Notes under the pieces: generated by a model | The model's database searches: none | Told to the model about the DNA's origin: nothing | The model's input: the letters and a program-made list of their open reading frames with translations, nothing else | NCBI GenBank assembly: GCA_963842945.1 | Contig: CAWJIM010000005.1 | Location: 128,001 to 192,000 of the forward strand | Origin: an uncultured Gemmatimonadales bacterium | GTDB taxonomy: Bacteria > Gemmatimonadota > Gemmatimonadetes > Gemmatimonadales > GWC2-71-9 | Direction: 5' to 3' | Length of the DNA: 64,000 nt | Shown: positions 1 to 10,374 of the stretch, piece by piece | Layout: every line of letters starts with the position of its first letter | How positions within the stretch are numbered: position 1 is the first letter of the stretch | Position numbers and translations under genes: made by a program

Positions 1-1175
1 TTCAGAACACATATGCCATAGCCGTGCGGCAGGAAACCGCGCGGCAATACCACCTGACCACCCTGAGCGACTTGGCCCGGGTCTCGAGCCGGCTCCGGGC
101 CGGGCTCACCGCGGATTTCATTGGGCGGGCCGATGGTCTGCCAGGGATAGAGGGCGCTTACGGGATCCGCTTCCGGGCGGTACGCGCGCTGCTGCCCGCG
201 GTGAAGTACCAGGCGCTGGCCGCGGGCGAGGTCGATGTGATCGATGGGTATTCGACGGACGGCTTCATCGCGCGATACAACCTGGTCATCCTGGAGGACG
301 ATCGCCGGTTCTTTCCTCCATACGAGGCCGCGGCGCTGGTCAGCTCCAGGTTTGCCCGCGAGCTTCCCGCCGCTCTGGGAGTGCTGACCGAGCTGAGCGG
401 ACTTCTGACCGAGGCCGACATGCGGCGGCTCAATCGGCGGATCGAGGTGGATCGCGTCCCGGTGGCCCGGGTGGCCGGAGGAGCCCTGCTGGCGTTAGGC
501 GTCACCCGGGCCGTCGCTGGTAATTCCGGGTTCTCCCGCAAACACGAGTCCGGTGTCGCCCGCTATCTGTGGGATCAGCGGAGCTCCATTCTGGCGTTGA
601 CCCTGCGGCATTTGCTCCTGGTGAGCATCTCGCTGGTCGCGGCGATTCTCTGCGCGGTGCCGCTCGGATTGGCGCTGGAGCGCGGCCGCGGCTCGGCTGA
701 GGCGGTTATTCGCGGAGTCGGCCTCCTGCAGACCGTCCCCAGCATTGCGCTGCTGGCGTTCATGATTCCCTTGCTGGGCATTGGCGTCATCCCGGCTCTG
801 GTTGCCCTCTTCCTCTATTCGCTCTATCCCATTCTCCGAAACACCTACACCGGTGTGCGCGATGCCGCTCCCGATGCGGTAAGGGCCGCCTGGGCTCTGG
901 GCATGACGCCGCGTCAGATCCTGCGTTACGTTCGTCTGCCGCTGGCCGCGCCGGTTATCATGGCGGGGATCCGTACCGCGGCGGTCATCAACGTCGGTAC
1001 CGCGACCCTCGCCGCATTCATCGGAGCGGGAGGGCTGGGCGATCTCATTGCCGCCGGGCTGGCGCTGTCCGACACCCGGATGATTCTTTCCGGAGCCTTG
1101 CCCGCGGCGGTTCTGGCCCTGCTGGTGGATGCGGGCCTCGGCCTCTGCGAGCGGGCCGTGCAACCCGGCGGCTAA
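1..1175 (+). CDS. Fused ABC transporter substrate-binding (OpuAC-type) + permease, betaine/choline family; 5' end outside window
   Basis: Reading frame open from the window edge (..FQNTYAIAVR..). SBP motifs YSTDG and FFPPYEA are followed by the OpuBB-type permease (LQTVPSIALL, PILRNTYTG, GMTPRQIL, GAGGLG). Confidence 0.85.
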   Translation, partial: QNTYAIAVRQETARQYHLTTLSDLARVSSRLRAGLTADFIGRADGLPGIEGAYGIRFRAVRALLPAVKYQALAAGEVDVIDGYSTDGFIARYNLVILEDDRRFFPPYEAAALVSSRFARELPAALGVLTELSGLLTEADMRRLNRRIEVDRVPVARVAGGALLALGVTRAVAGNSGFSRKHESGVARYLWDQRSSILALTLRHLLLVSISLVAAILCAVPLGLALERGRGSAEAVIRGVGLLQTVPSIALLAFMIPLLGIGVIPALVALFLYSLYPILRNTYTGVRDAAPDAVRAAWALGMTPRQILRYVRLPLAAPVIMAGIRTAAVINVGTATLAAFIGAGGLGDLIAAGLALSDTRMILSGALPAAVLALLVDAGLGLCERAVQPGG

Positions 1176-1199
1176 CATTCTTTCGAGTTCAGCGATTCT

Positions 1200-2426
1200 G
1201 TGAGACTGCATCCTTTCCCTGCCATTCGCCCCGCGCCCGAGCTGGCCTCACGGGTAGCTGCGGTCCCTTACGACGTGGTCGATCGTGACGAAGCCGCCGA
1301 GCTGGCACGAGGCAATCCCCACAGCTTCCTCCATGTGGGGCGCTCCGACATCGATTTGCCGGAGGACACCGATCCGCACGACTCTCAGGTGTACGCCGGC
1401 GCTCGCGCGGCGCTCGAACGGTTTGTGGCGCAGGGCACACTGATCCGCGACCGGGAGCCCTCGCTCTATTTGTATCGCCAGATCATGGACGGCCGCACTC
1501 AGGTTGGCGTGGTGGGCTGTGTTCACGTGGATGATTACGAGAACGACGTGATTCGAAAACACGAGAAGACCCGCCCCGACAAGGAGGACGATCGCACCCG
1601 GCACGTCCTGACTCTGAATGCCCATGCCGAGCCGGTATTTCTGGCGTACCGGGGCGAGAACCGGGTAAACCAGATGACCTCCGCCGTAATGAGAACCGAG
1701 CCGCTGTACGACTTTACCGCTCCGGACGGCGTCCGGCATACCGTCTGGCGGGCCCCCGAGAGTCGAGCTCTGGTGCAGGCCTTCGAGGCGGTGCCCACGG
1801 CGTATGTCGCCGACGGTCATCACCGCTCCGCCAGCGCCTGGCGGGCCGGGAAAGAGCGCCGTGCCGCCAACGTCAGGCACCGGGGAGACGAGGAATACAA
1901 CTGGTTTCTCGCGGTGCTCTTTCCGGCCGACCAGCTCACCATCCTTCCTTATAACCGGGTGGTGCGCGACCTGGCCGGTAAGACTCCCGCCGACGTCCTT
2001 CGGGACCTGGCCAAAGTCGGCCGGCTCAGCCGAACGGACGACCCCCGTCCGTCTCGTCCGGGCAGCTTCGGCGTCTACCTCGATGGGGTATGGCACCGGC
2101 TCGAGCTCGATCCCGGTAGCATCGATCGGTCCGATCCCATCGGATCCCTCGATGTCTCGCTGCTGCAGGACCGGGTGCTCGGCCCCATCCTTCGGGTGGG
2201 CGACCCTCGAACCGACAAGCGGCTGGAGTTCGTGGGGGGCATCCGGGGAACTGCGGAGCTGGAACGAAGAGTGAAGTCAGGGGATATGGCGATCGCGTTT
2301 TCGCTGTGCCCGACCACCATGGAGCAGCTGATTGCCGTGTCCGATGCCGGCAAGGTGATGCCGCCCAAGAGCACCTGGTTCGAGCCCAAGCTCAGGAGCG
2401 GCCTGTTCGTCCATGAGTTAGGTTAG
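1200..2426 (+). CDS. DUF1015 family protein
   Basis: Family motifs PYDV, IRKHEKT, YVADGHHR and MPPKSTWFEPKLRSGL; adjacent to serA/serC. Confidence 0.9.
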   Translation: MRLHPFPAIRPAPELASRVAAVPYDVVDRDEAAELARGNPHSFLHVGRSDIDLPEDTDPHDSQVYAGARAALERFVAQGTLIRDREPSLYLYRQIMDGRTQVGVVGCVHVDDYENDVIRKHEKTRPDKEDDRTRHVLTLNAHAEPVFLAYRGENRVNQMTSAVMRTEPLYDFTAPDGVRHTVWRAPESRALVQAFEAVPTAYVADGHHRSASAWRAGKERRAANVRHRGDEEYNWFLAVLFPADQLTILPYNRVVRDLAGKTPADVLRDLAKVGRLSRTDDPRPSRPGSFGVYLDGVWHRLELDPGSIDRSDPIGSLDVSLLQDRVLGPILRVGDPRTDKRLEFVGGIRGTAELERRVKSGDMAIAFSLCPTTMEQLIAVSDAGKVMPPKSTWFEPKLRSGLFVHELG

Positions 2427-2459
2427 TCGCGACACTAGAATCTTGCATATGGAGAAGGC

Positions 2460-3687
2460 ATGAAGGTTCTCATCGCCGACAAATTCGAGAAGGTCGGCAT
2501 CGATGGGTTGAAGGAGCTGGGCTGCACCGTCATCTCCGAGCCCGACATCAAGGCCGACGGCCTGCCCGATCTGATCCGGCGGGTCGATCCCAATATTCTC
2601 ATCGTGCGCAGCAAGAAGGTGAACGTCGATGCGCTGCGCGCGGGCACCGCCCTCACCCTGGTGATCCGCGCCGGTGCCGGCATCGATACCATCGACGTCG
2701 CCGCTGCGTCCGAGCTCGGGCGTCTTTGTCTCCAACTGTCCGGCTAAAAATTCGATCGCGGTGGCCGAGCTGGTGATGGGGCTGCTCCTGTCCTGCGACC
2801 GGCGCATCCCCGACCAGGTTGCCGACTTGCGCCAGGGAAAGTGGAACAAGGCGGAGTACTCCAAGGCCCGCGGGCTCCACGGCCGCACTCTGGGCATCGT
2901 CGGCCTGGGTCAGATTGGCCGGGAGGTGGCCCAGCGGGCGCGGGCCTTCGGAATGCGGGTGGTGGCCTGGTCGCGAAATCTGACCCACGAAGAGGCCGAG
3001 CGGCTCGACCTGGTATACGCTTTGACCCCTCTGGAGGTGGCCCGGCTGGCCGACGCGGTGACCGTCAACGTGGCGGCAACCCCGGAAACCAAACATCTGG
3101 TGAACGCCGAGTTCCTCGCCGCGATGAAGCCAGGGTCCTACCTCATCAATACCGCGCGTGGATCCGTGGTAGACGAGGCGGCGCTACAACAGGCCGTGCG
3201 TGAGCGGGGAATTCGAGCAGGGCTCGATGTGTTTCAGAACGAGCCCGGTACCAGCACCGGCGAGTTTGCCAGCGCCATTGCCCGGACGTCCGGTGTCTAC
3301 GGAACCCACCACGTGGGCGCCTCCACCGACCAGGCTCAGGTTGCCATTGCCCACGAGGTCATTCGCATCGTTCAGTCGTTCCGCGCTACCGGTGAGGTGC
3401 CCAACGTGGTGAATCGTCTGGCCCGGAGCTCGGCCACTCACGTCCTGACCATTCGGCACCGCAATCGACCCGGGGTTCTGGCCCACGTCTTTGGCGTGCT
3501 GGCCGGAGCGGAGATCAATGTCGAAGAGGTCGAGAACATCATCTATCACGGCGCGCAGGCCACCCTGGCACGGATCCACCTGGATGGTCAACCGGAGTCG
3601 TCGGCCCTTACCCGCATTCGCGAGGGCAACCCGGACATCATCAGCGCCGAGTTGAGCGCCATCAACGGAAAGTCGAGAAAATCATGA
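2460..3687 (+). CDS. serA: D-3-phosphoglycerate dehydrogenase with C-terminal ACT domain; one frameshift near 2720
   Basis: ORF 2460-2747 ([17 protein letters not shown]) continues in ORF 2674-3687 ([29 protein letters not shown]). Confidence 0.85.
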
Positions 3688-4790
3688 GCCAGCGCATCCA
3701 CAACTTCAGTGCCGGTCCGGCCGCCTTGCCGGAGCCGGTTCTCCGCAAGGCTCAGGAGGCCATCTGGGATGTCGCCAACAGCGGTATCGGCATCATGGAG
3801 CACAGCCACCGGGGCAAGGTGTTCGACCGGATCATTGTGGAGGCGGAGCAGGCCTGCCGTAGCCTCGCCAACATTCCTGACAACTACAGGGTGCTGTTCC
3901 TTCAGGGTGGCGCCTCACTTCAGTTCGCCATGGTCCCCATGAACCTGATGCGGGACGGTGCCACAGCGGACTATCTGGTCACCGGAGTCTGGTCGCAAAA
4001 GGCGGTGAAAGAAGCCAAGCCGATCGGCAAGGTGCATATCGCCGGTACGAGCGAAGCCACCAACTTCGACCGCATTCCCAAGGCCGCAGAGATTCGATAC
4101 TCCTCCAGTCCGGCCTACGTTCATTTCACTACCAACAACACGATTTACGGGACGCAGTGGCGGGACGAGCCCTCCGCTCCGGCCGGAGCTCCCCTGGTGG
4201 CGGACACCTCCAGCGACATGTACAGCCGTCCCATCGATGTGCGGAAATACGGCTTGATCTATGCCGGCGCGCAGAAAAATCTGGGCCCCTCCGGCGTGGT
4301 GCTGGTCATCGTTCGGGACGATCTGGTCGAGGCCGGCAGCAAAACCATTCCGACCATGCTGCAGTACCGCACCCACGCGGCGGAGAACTCGATGTACAAC
4401 ACGCCGCCCACCTTCGGCATCTACGTGATGGGTGAGATCTTCAAATGGATTCAGGGTCAGGGCGGGCTGGCAGCCATGGCGGAATACAATGAGTCCAAAG
4501 CCCTGCTGCTCTACGACTATATGGACAACAGCGATTTCTTTCGGGGCACGGCGCAGCGGGACAGCCGCTCGCTGATGAATGTCTGCTTCCGCGCTCCTAC
4601 CGAGGATCTGGAGACCAAATTCATCAGCGAGGCCACCAAGCGCGGGCTCGATGGACTGAAGGGACATCGCTCAGTCGGCGGCATGCGAGCCAGCATTTAC
4701 AACGCCTGTCCCCGCGAAGCAGTGGAAGCGCTGGTCCGGTTCATGAAGGAGTTCGAGCGGGCCAATCGAGCCGAAGCTGCGCGAACCTGA
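3684..4790 (+). CDS. serC: Phosphoserine aminotransferase
   Basis: [48 protein letters not shown]. Confidence 0.97.
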   Translation: MSQRIHNFSAGPAALPEPVLRKAQEAIWDVANSGIGIMEHSHRGKVFDRIIVEAEQACRSLANIPDNYRVLFLQGGASLQFAMVPMNLMRDGATADYLVTGVWSQKAVKEAKPIGKVHIAGTSEATNFDRIPKAAEIRYSSSPAYVHFTTNNTIYGTQWRDEPSAPAGAPLVADTSSDMYSRPIDVRKYGLIYAGAQKNLGPSGVVLVIVRDDLVEAGSKTIPTMLQYRTHAAENSMYNTPPTFGIYVMGEIFKWIQGQGGLAAMAEYNESKALLLYDYMDNSDFFRGTAQRDSRSLMNVCFRAPTEDLETKFISEATKRGLDGLKGHRSVGGMRASIYNACPREAVEALVRFMKEFERANRAEAART

Positions 4791-4797
4791 GCCGGCA

Positions 4798-6153
4798 ATG
4801 CTGCACAGCCTCTGTCTCAGCCTCCTCCTCTGCACTGCTCCCGCGCCCGCCGACACCACCGTGGCGTTCGTTGACGTCACGGTCATTCCGATGGACCGGG
4901 ATCGCTCGATTCCCCACAGCACTGTACTGGTTCAGGGCGGCCGGATTGTAAGGGTTGGACCCGCCAAAGAGGTCACCATTCCGGCGGGAACGGTCCAGGT
5001 GGATGGCCGGGGCAAGTTTCTGATCCCCGGCCTGGCGGAGATGCACGCCCACATCCCCGGCGGCCAGGCGAGCGACACCGAAGTGCAGCAGACCCTCTTC
5101 CTCTATGTGGCTGGAGGCATCACCACCATCCGGGGAATGTTGGGCCACCCGCGCCATCTCCAGCTGCGGGCCCAGGCCTCCCGCCCGGGCGTCATCAGCC
5201 CCTGGATCTACACCTCGGGCCCCTCGTTCAACGGCAACACCGTACCTACGGTACAATCGGCCGTCACCAGAGTGGCCGAACAAAAAGAAGCGGGCTACGA
5301 CTTCATCAAGATCCATCCCGGAATCAAGCGGGAGGTGTTCGACTCGCTCAGCGCGGCAGCGCAACGCGCCGGTCTCCGTATGGCCGGCCACGTCCCGCTG
5401 GAGGTCGGGCTGCAGCGTGCCCTCGAGGTTCCTTATGCCAGCATCGACCATCTGGACGGCTACGTCGAAGCGATGGTCCGCGCCGATTCGCCGATCGGCC
5501 CGTCAGAGTCGCAGCTCTTCGGGCTCAACCTGGGCGAGCACCTGGACGAATCGCGGATCGGCTCGCTGGTAAAAGCCACGAAAGAGGCTGGGGTGTGGAA
5601 CGTCCCGACCCAGTCGCTGATGGAGAACCTGGCTCCGGCAGTCAGTGCAGAGGCGCTGGCGCGCCGGCCGGAAATGCGGTTTGTCCCCCCGGATATGCTG
5701 GCCGAATGGACTCAGGAAAAGGGCTCCATCCTGAGCGAGACCGGCTCGTCGGCCGAGTCTGCCCGACGTACCCTCGAAGTCCGGCGGAAGCTGATCCGGG
5801 CTTTGCACGCCGGAGGGGCGGGACTTCTCCTGGGCTCTGATGCGCCGCAGATCTACAACGTGCCGGGCTACTCGATCCACCGAGAGCTCGAGGCCATAGT
5901 CGCGGCTGGGTTGACGCCGTATCAGGCGCTGGAGACAGGGACCCGCAACGTGGCGCTGTTCTTTGGCACGCTGGCCGAGACCGGAACGATTGAAGCAGGG
6001 AAGCGCGCCGACCTGGTGCTGCTCGAGGGCAATCCCCTCAGCGATATCCGGAATACGTCACGCCGGGCCGGCGTGATGCTCCACGGGCGCTGGCTCTCCA
6101 AAGACGAAATCGAGAGCCGCCTCGCGGCCATCGCTAAGGGTGTGAGGAGCTGA
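4798..6153 (+). CDS. Secreted amidohydrolase family protein
   Basis: Signal-like N-terminus; PGLAEMHAH, GSDAP, GKRADLVLL. Confidence 0.88.
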   Translation: MLHSLCLSLLLCTAPAPADTTVAFVDVTVIPMDRDRSIPHSTVLVQGGRIVRVGPAKEVTIPAGTVQVDGRGKFLIPGLAEMHAHIPGGQASDTEVQQTLFLYVAGGITTIRGMLGHPRHLQLRAQASRPGVISPWIYTSGPSFNGNTVPTVQSAVTRVAEQKEAGYDFIKIHPGIKREVFDSLSAAAQRAGLRMAGHVPLEVGLQRALEVPYASIDHLDGYVEAMVRADSPIGPSESQLFGLNLGEHLDESRIGSLVKATKEAGVWNVPTQSLMENLAPAVSAEALARRPEMRFVPPDMLAEWTQEKGSILSETGSSAESARRTLEVRRKLIRALHAGGAGLLLGSDAPQIYNVPGYSIHRELEAIVAAGLTPYQALETGTRNVALFFGTLAETGTIEAGKRADLVLLEGNPLSDIRNTSRRAGVMLHGRWLSKDEIESRLAAIAKGVRS

Positions 6154-7276
6154 TCAGACTGTAGCCAGCGACTTGACCAGCTCGGCGTTGGTGCGGTTGC
6201 GCTTGAGGTCGGTGAGCAGATCGTTCATGGCGTTGATCGGCGTCATGCCGCCAATCCGCTGACGCAGGAGCTCGTGACGCCGCCAGAGTCTCTTCGTTCA
6301 GGAGCAGCTCCTCCCGGCGCGTAGCGCTCGCCACCAGGTCGATCGCCGGGAAGATCCGCCGTTCCGCCAACTCCCGGCTCAGCACCAGCTCGCTGTTGCC
6401 GGTTCCCTTGAACTCCTCGAAGATCACCTGGTCCATCCTGCTACCCGTATCCACCAGTGCGGTGGCAATGATGGTCAGCGAACCGCCGCCCTGGGCCGAA
6501 TCAATTCGACGCGCGCTACCCAGGAACCGCTTGGGCTTCTCCATGGATTGAGCATCGAGCCCTCCGGACAGTGTTCGGCCAGTCCCTTTTTCCACCGTGT
6601 TGTAGGCCCGGGCCAGGCGGGTGAGGGAATCCACGATCAGAACCACGTCGTCACCCAGCTCTACCCGGCGTCGCGCGCGCTCCAGGGTGAGCTCGGCCAG
6701 GGCGACATGGCGTTGCGCCGGATTGTCGAAGCTGGAGGCGATGACTTCTCCCACGCCGGCGGCTTCCATCTCGAACACCTCTTCCGGCCGCTCATCCACC
6801 AGGAGGATGAAGAGATCGGCGCCGGGGTAGTTGACGCTCACTCCCTGGGCGATCGACTGAAGCACCATGGTCTTGCCCGCTTTAGCCGGGGCCACGATCA
6901 GAGCGCGTTGGCCCTTGCCCATAGGACAGAGCAGATCGATCACCCGATTGGTGTAGTCCGCCTGGCCTCCAACGGCGCCGTCGGCCTCGAGGCGGAGCCG
7001 CTCGTTGGGATGAATCGCCGGCAGGCGACTGAAATCGGGGCGCTCGCCGAGCGTGTCCGGAGCTCTTCCCAGAACAGACGTTACCTTCTCGAGCGAAGGG
7101 CCTCTCCCTTTGCCGCCGCTGCGCACCGAACCGTCGATCTCGTCGCCCGGTCGCAGCCCCAGCTGTCGGATGAGGCGCTCGCCCACATGAACGTCGCCGT
7201 TGGATGGCAGGTATCCGGCCTCCCGCCGGCGAAGAAATCCGCTACCCTTGCCCGCCAGCTCCAGGACGCCGAGCAT
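6154..7276 (-). CDS. rho: Transcription termination factor Rho, short form; frameshift near 6275
   Basis: [54 protein letters not shown] at 7276 overlaps the sufE stop. A Rho-like C-terminus ([24 protein letters not shown]) lies in a shifted frame and ends at TGA 6154-6156. Confidence 0.9.
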
Positions 7277-7695
7277 CACCGTGCCGCCGCGGCGGCGGAC
7301 TTCTTTATCCGGTGGAGAATGGCCGTGAGTCCCTGGGTCCGGGTCATTCCAAGTGTCTCGCTCAAACCGAGCCGATCCAGCAGGTCGAGCGGGATATCGG
7401 CGACCACTTCGGGCTTTTGGCCTTCGAGAGTGCGCGCCAGCAGTGAGATGAATCCTCGTACGGTGGGAGCTTCCCGGGGAACATCGGCGTGGATGTGGAC
7501 TCCACCATCGTCGACCTCGACCCAGAGATAGACCGTGGTCTGACATTCGTCCACGCGATTATGACCCAACTGCTTTTCTGCCTCATAGCGGTCAGGGAGT
7601 GGCGGCAGCTTCTTGGAGTAATCGAGGAGGGTTTCCAATCGGGTCTGTCGGTCGGCTGCCTTGAAACGGGGAATCAGATTTTCCAGGCTCGGCAT
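7276..7695 (-). CDS. sufE: SufE family Fe-S/sulfur acceptor protein
   Basis: LLDYSKKLP, RVDECQT (acceptor Cys), EAPTVRG, LGLSETLGMTRTQGL. Confidence 0.85.
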   Translation of the reverse strand: MPSLENLIPRFKAADRQTRLETLLDYSKKLPPLPDRYEAEKQLGHNRVDECQTTVYLWVEVDDGGVHIHADVPREAPTVRGFISLLARTLEGQKPEVVADIPLDLLDRLGLSETLGMTRTQGLTAILHRIKKSAAAAAR

Positions 7696-7721
7696 TCCGG
7701 CTCTTGGCTAAGGTCCTCCTA

Positions 7722-8798
7722 TCAAGCTGGCACGCTTTCGTCTTTAGGGCTATCCCTCTGGATGCGTTCCCGCTCTAAAATCGTCCGCTTGCGCTCCGCA
7801 CCCCAGCGATAGCCGCCTGTCTCTCCGTGCTCCCGGATGGCCCGATGGCAAGGAATGACCAGGGCCAGCCGGTTGCTCGCGCACGCGCCGGCGACGGCCC
7901 GGGCCGCGGTTGGCCGGCCCAGTTCCCGGGCAATCGCCTGATAGGAGCGGGTTTCTCCGGCGGGTATCCTCCGCAAGGCCTCCCAGACTCGGTGCTGGAA
8001 GTCGGTGCCCGAGACATCGAGTGCAAGCGCTGTTTCCTCACCGCCGGAGAGCCGGGCTATCAGTTGGTCGGTGTACGGGCTCAGTGCTCCGTCGTCTCTC
8101 TCCAGCCGGGCCTCCGGAAACTCGGCCCGAAGCCTTTGTTCCAGGTCGGAGCCGTCGTCGCCCAGCATGACGCTGCAGAGCCCCCGATCGGTGGCCGCCG
8201 CCAACAACTGGCCGACCGGGGTGGGCACCACCGTAAAGTTGATGCTGAGTCCTCTACCTCCTTTTCGATACACGCCCGGGGTCATGCCCAAGGAGGATCG
8301 CGCATGCTCGTAGGCTCGGCTGCCCGAACCGTAGCCCGCGTCATACGTGGCCCGGCTCACGGTGTCCCCCTGCCGAAGCCCGGACTTCATCCGCTCCATC
8401 CGCAGGGCGCTCGCATAAGCCTTGGGGCTCAACCCTACCAGCCGCTTGAACTTCCTTTGCAGGTGAAAGGGACTCATCTGGGCCACCTTCCCCAGTTGTT
8501 CCAGGGTGACCGTCTCTCCGGCATGGCGGTCAAGATAGTCCCGGGCCAACTCGACCTGCCGCATCCCGGCCTTCATCGGATCGGCCGGCCGGCAGCGCAA
8601 ACAGGCGCGAAAGCCGGCCCCTTCGGCTTCAATGGGGCTCCCGAAGAACCGCACTCTGGAACGCACCGGGCGGCGGGAAGGGCAGGAGGGCCGGCAATAA
8701 ATGCCGGTAGAGGCGACTCCGTAGACGAACAGCCCGTCCTGACTCGAGTCCCGAGCCAGAACTGATTGCCATTTCAGGTCTTCCGACTGCTGGATCAC
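7722..8798 (-). CDS. ada: Bifunctional transcriptional activator / O6-methylguanine-DNA methyltransferase Ada
   Basis: Zn site CRPSC..FRACLRC, AraC HTH, active site IPCHR. Confidence 0.95.
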   Translation of the reverse strand: MIQQSEDLKWQSVLARDSSQDGLFVYGVASTGIYCRPSCPSRRPVRSRVRFFGSPIEAEGAGFRACLRCRPADPMKAGMRQVELARDYLDRHAGETVTLEQLGKVAQMSPFHLQRKFKRLVGLSPKAYASALRMERMKSGLRQGDTVSRATYDAGYGSGSRAYEHARSSLGMTPGVYRKGGRGLSINFTVVPTPVGQLLAAATDRGLCSVMLGDDGSDLEQRLRAEFPEARLERDDGALSPYTDQLIARLSGGEETALALDVSGTDFQHRVWEALRRIPAGETRSYQAIARELGRPTAARAVAGACASNRLALVIPCHRAIREHGETGGYRWGAERKRTILERERIQRDSPKDESVPA

Positions 8799-9048
8799 GG
8801 GTTCCTCCTGCGGGCCATTTTTGGCTATCCGTCACCGACTCACGGTTTCTGGGTTCCCATCATGGTAGCATCTGAACCGTAACCGGACTATCGGCTTCTT
8901 GCGTTCAAAGCCCGGTAGGAACTCCCTTGCCGGGTACAATGTTACAGTCTCCCGTGGGCTCATCGCGCCGCTCGCGGAGTGCCCAAATCGGGCGTATGAT
9001 AAAACGGTTCCTCTAACGGCTTCAGCCTGACGGTAAGGCCAACTACCG

Positions 9049-10374
9049 ATGACAACGATAGCGCTTTCCGGCAGGGTTGACCGCCAGGCCATCGCCCAGG
9101 AGCTCGCAGAAGCCAGAGCCCGGACGCTGCTGCTTCTTGCCCCCCTGTCGGACGAGGATCTCCGAATCCAGCACGATCCCTTGATGAGTCCCTTGCTGTG
9201 GGACCTGGGGCATATCGCGCATTTCGAGGAGCTGTGGCTCACTCGAAATCTGGACGGCCCGATCGAGTTCGTGGAGATGCCGGGACTCTATAATCCGTTT
9301 GAGCATCCCCGAAAGGAACGGGGCAAGCTGGCTCTGCCGGGACTCGCTCACTCGGTTGAGGTGATGGAGGATATCCGCCGGCGGGTGCTCGCTCGACTTG
9401 CAGCCGCAGACTTCGATTCCTCGACTCCTCTGCTGCAGGACGGATACGTGTACCGGATGGTGCTCCAACACGAGTATCAGCACAACGAGACCATGCTGCA
9501 GACCCTGCAGCTCAAGCAGGGAACTCCCTACACGCCGGCGCTGCGCTATCCGATTCCCCTGCCGCCGGTCTCAGATCTGATACGGCCGGGAGCGATGACC
9601 TACTTCCCCGGCGGAGATGTCGAGATCGGCACCGAGGACCGCGCTGCGGCGTACGACAACGAGCGCGTGCGGCACACCGTTGCCCTCGATCCCTACTGGA
9701 TCGACGTGCATCCCGTCACCAACGGAGAGTTTGCGGAATTCATCGCGGCCGGCGGTTACTCAACCCCCGAGTTCTGGTCCGATGCCGGATGGCGGTGGCT
9801 GGAGGAGTCGGGTGCTGTCGCGCCGAAATACTGGAATCGGGTGGACGGCGTGTGGAGCTGTCGTTCGATGGACCGCATCGCCCCGGTGGACCCGCTCCAC
9901 CCCGTGTGCCACGTGTGCTACTACGAAGCCGAGGCGTTCGCGCGGTATGCGGGAAAGCGGTTGCCTACGGAGTTCGAGTGGGAGGCAGCCGCGTCCTGGC
10001 ATCCGGTCGAACGCAGCAAGCGCAGCTATCCATGGGGAGAGGCTCCCGCGGGGCGAGAGTTGGCCAACGTCGACCAGCTGAGCTTCGGCACCGCGCCGAT
10101 CGGTAGTTATCCGGCCAACGTTTCGCCCATCGGGTGCAGCGGGATGATCGGTGATGTGTGGGAGTGGACCTCGAGCGATTTCCAGCCGTACCCCGATTTT
10201 CAAAGCTTTCCGTACCCCGAGTATTCCGAAGCGTTCTTCGGAAGCGAGTACAAGGTTCTCCGGGGCGGCTCGTGGGCCACCCGCCCAGGCGCGGTTCGCA
10301 ACACCTTCCGCAATTGGGATTACCCCATCCGCCGCCAGATCTTCAGCGGCTTCCGGTGCGTACGAGATGTCTGA
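9049..10374 (+). CDS. egtB: Sulfoxide synthase EgtB (DinB + FGE-sulfatase domains)
   Basis: MSPLLWDLGH and QHEYQHNE (3-His Fe site), RKER, YPEYS, FRNWD..RRQIFSGFRC; next to egtD. Confidence 0.92.
   Translation: MTTIALSGRVDRQAIAQELAEARARTLLLLAPLSDEDLRIQHDPLMSPLLWDLGHIAHFEELWLTRNLDGPIEFVEMPGLYNPFEHPRKERGKLALPGLAHSVEVMEDIRRRVLARLAAADFDSSTPLLQDGYVYRMVLQHEYQHNETMLQTLQLKQGTPYTPALRYPIPLPPVSDLIRPGAMTYFPGGDVEIGTEDRAAAYDNERVRHTVALDPYWIDVHPVTNGEFAEFIAAGGYSTPEFWSDAGWRWLEESGAVAPKYWNRVDGVWSCRSMDRIAPVDPLHPVCHVCYYEAEAFARYAGKRLPTEFEWEAAASWHPVERSKRSYPWGEAPAGRELANVDQLSFGTAPIGSYPANVSPIGCSGMIGDVWEWTSSDFQPYPDFQSFPYPEYSEAFFGSEYKVLRGGSWATRPGAVRNTFRNWDYPIRRQIFSGFRCVRDV

Noticed and set aside
6134..7546. 470-aa Rho with a long N-terminal extension, as given in the ORF track
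   Set aside because: The extension overlaps sufE in another frame. Rho similarity starts at ATG 7276 and the real C-terminus lies in a shifted frame.
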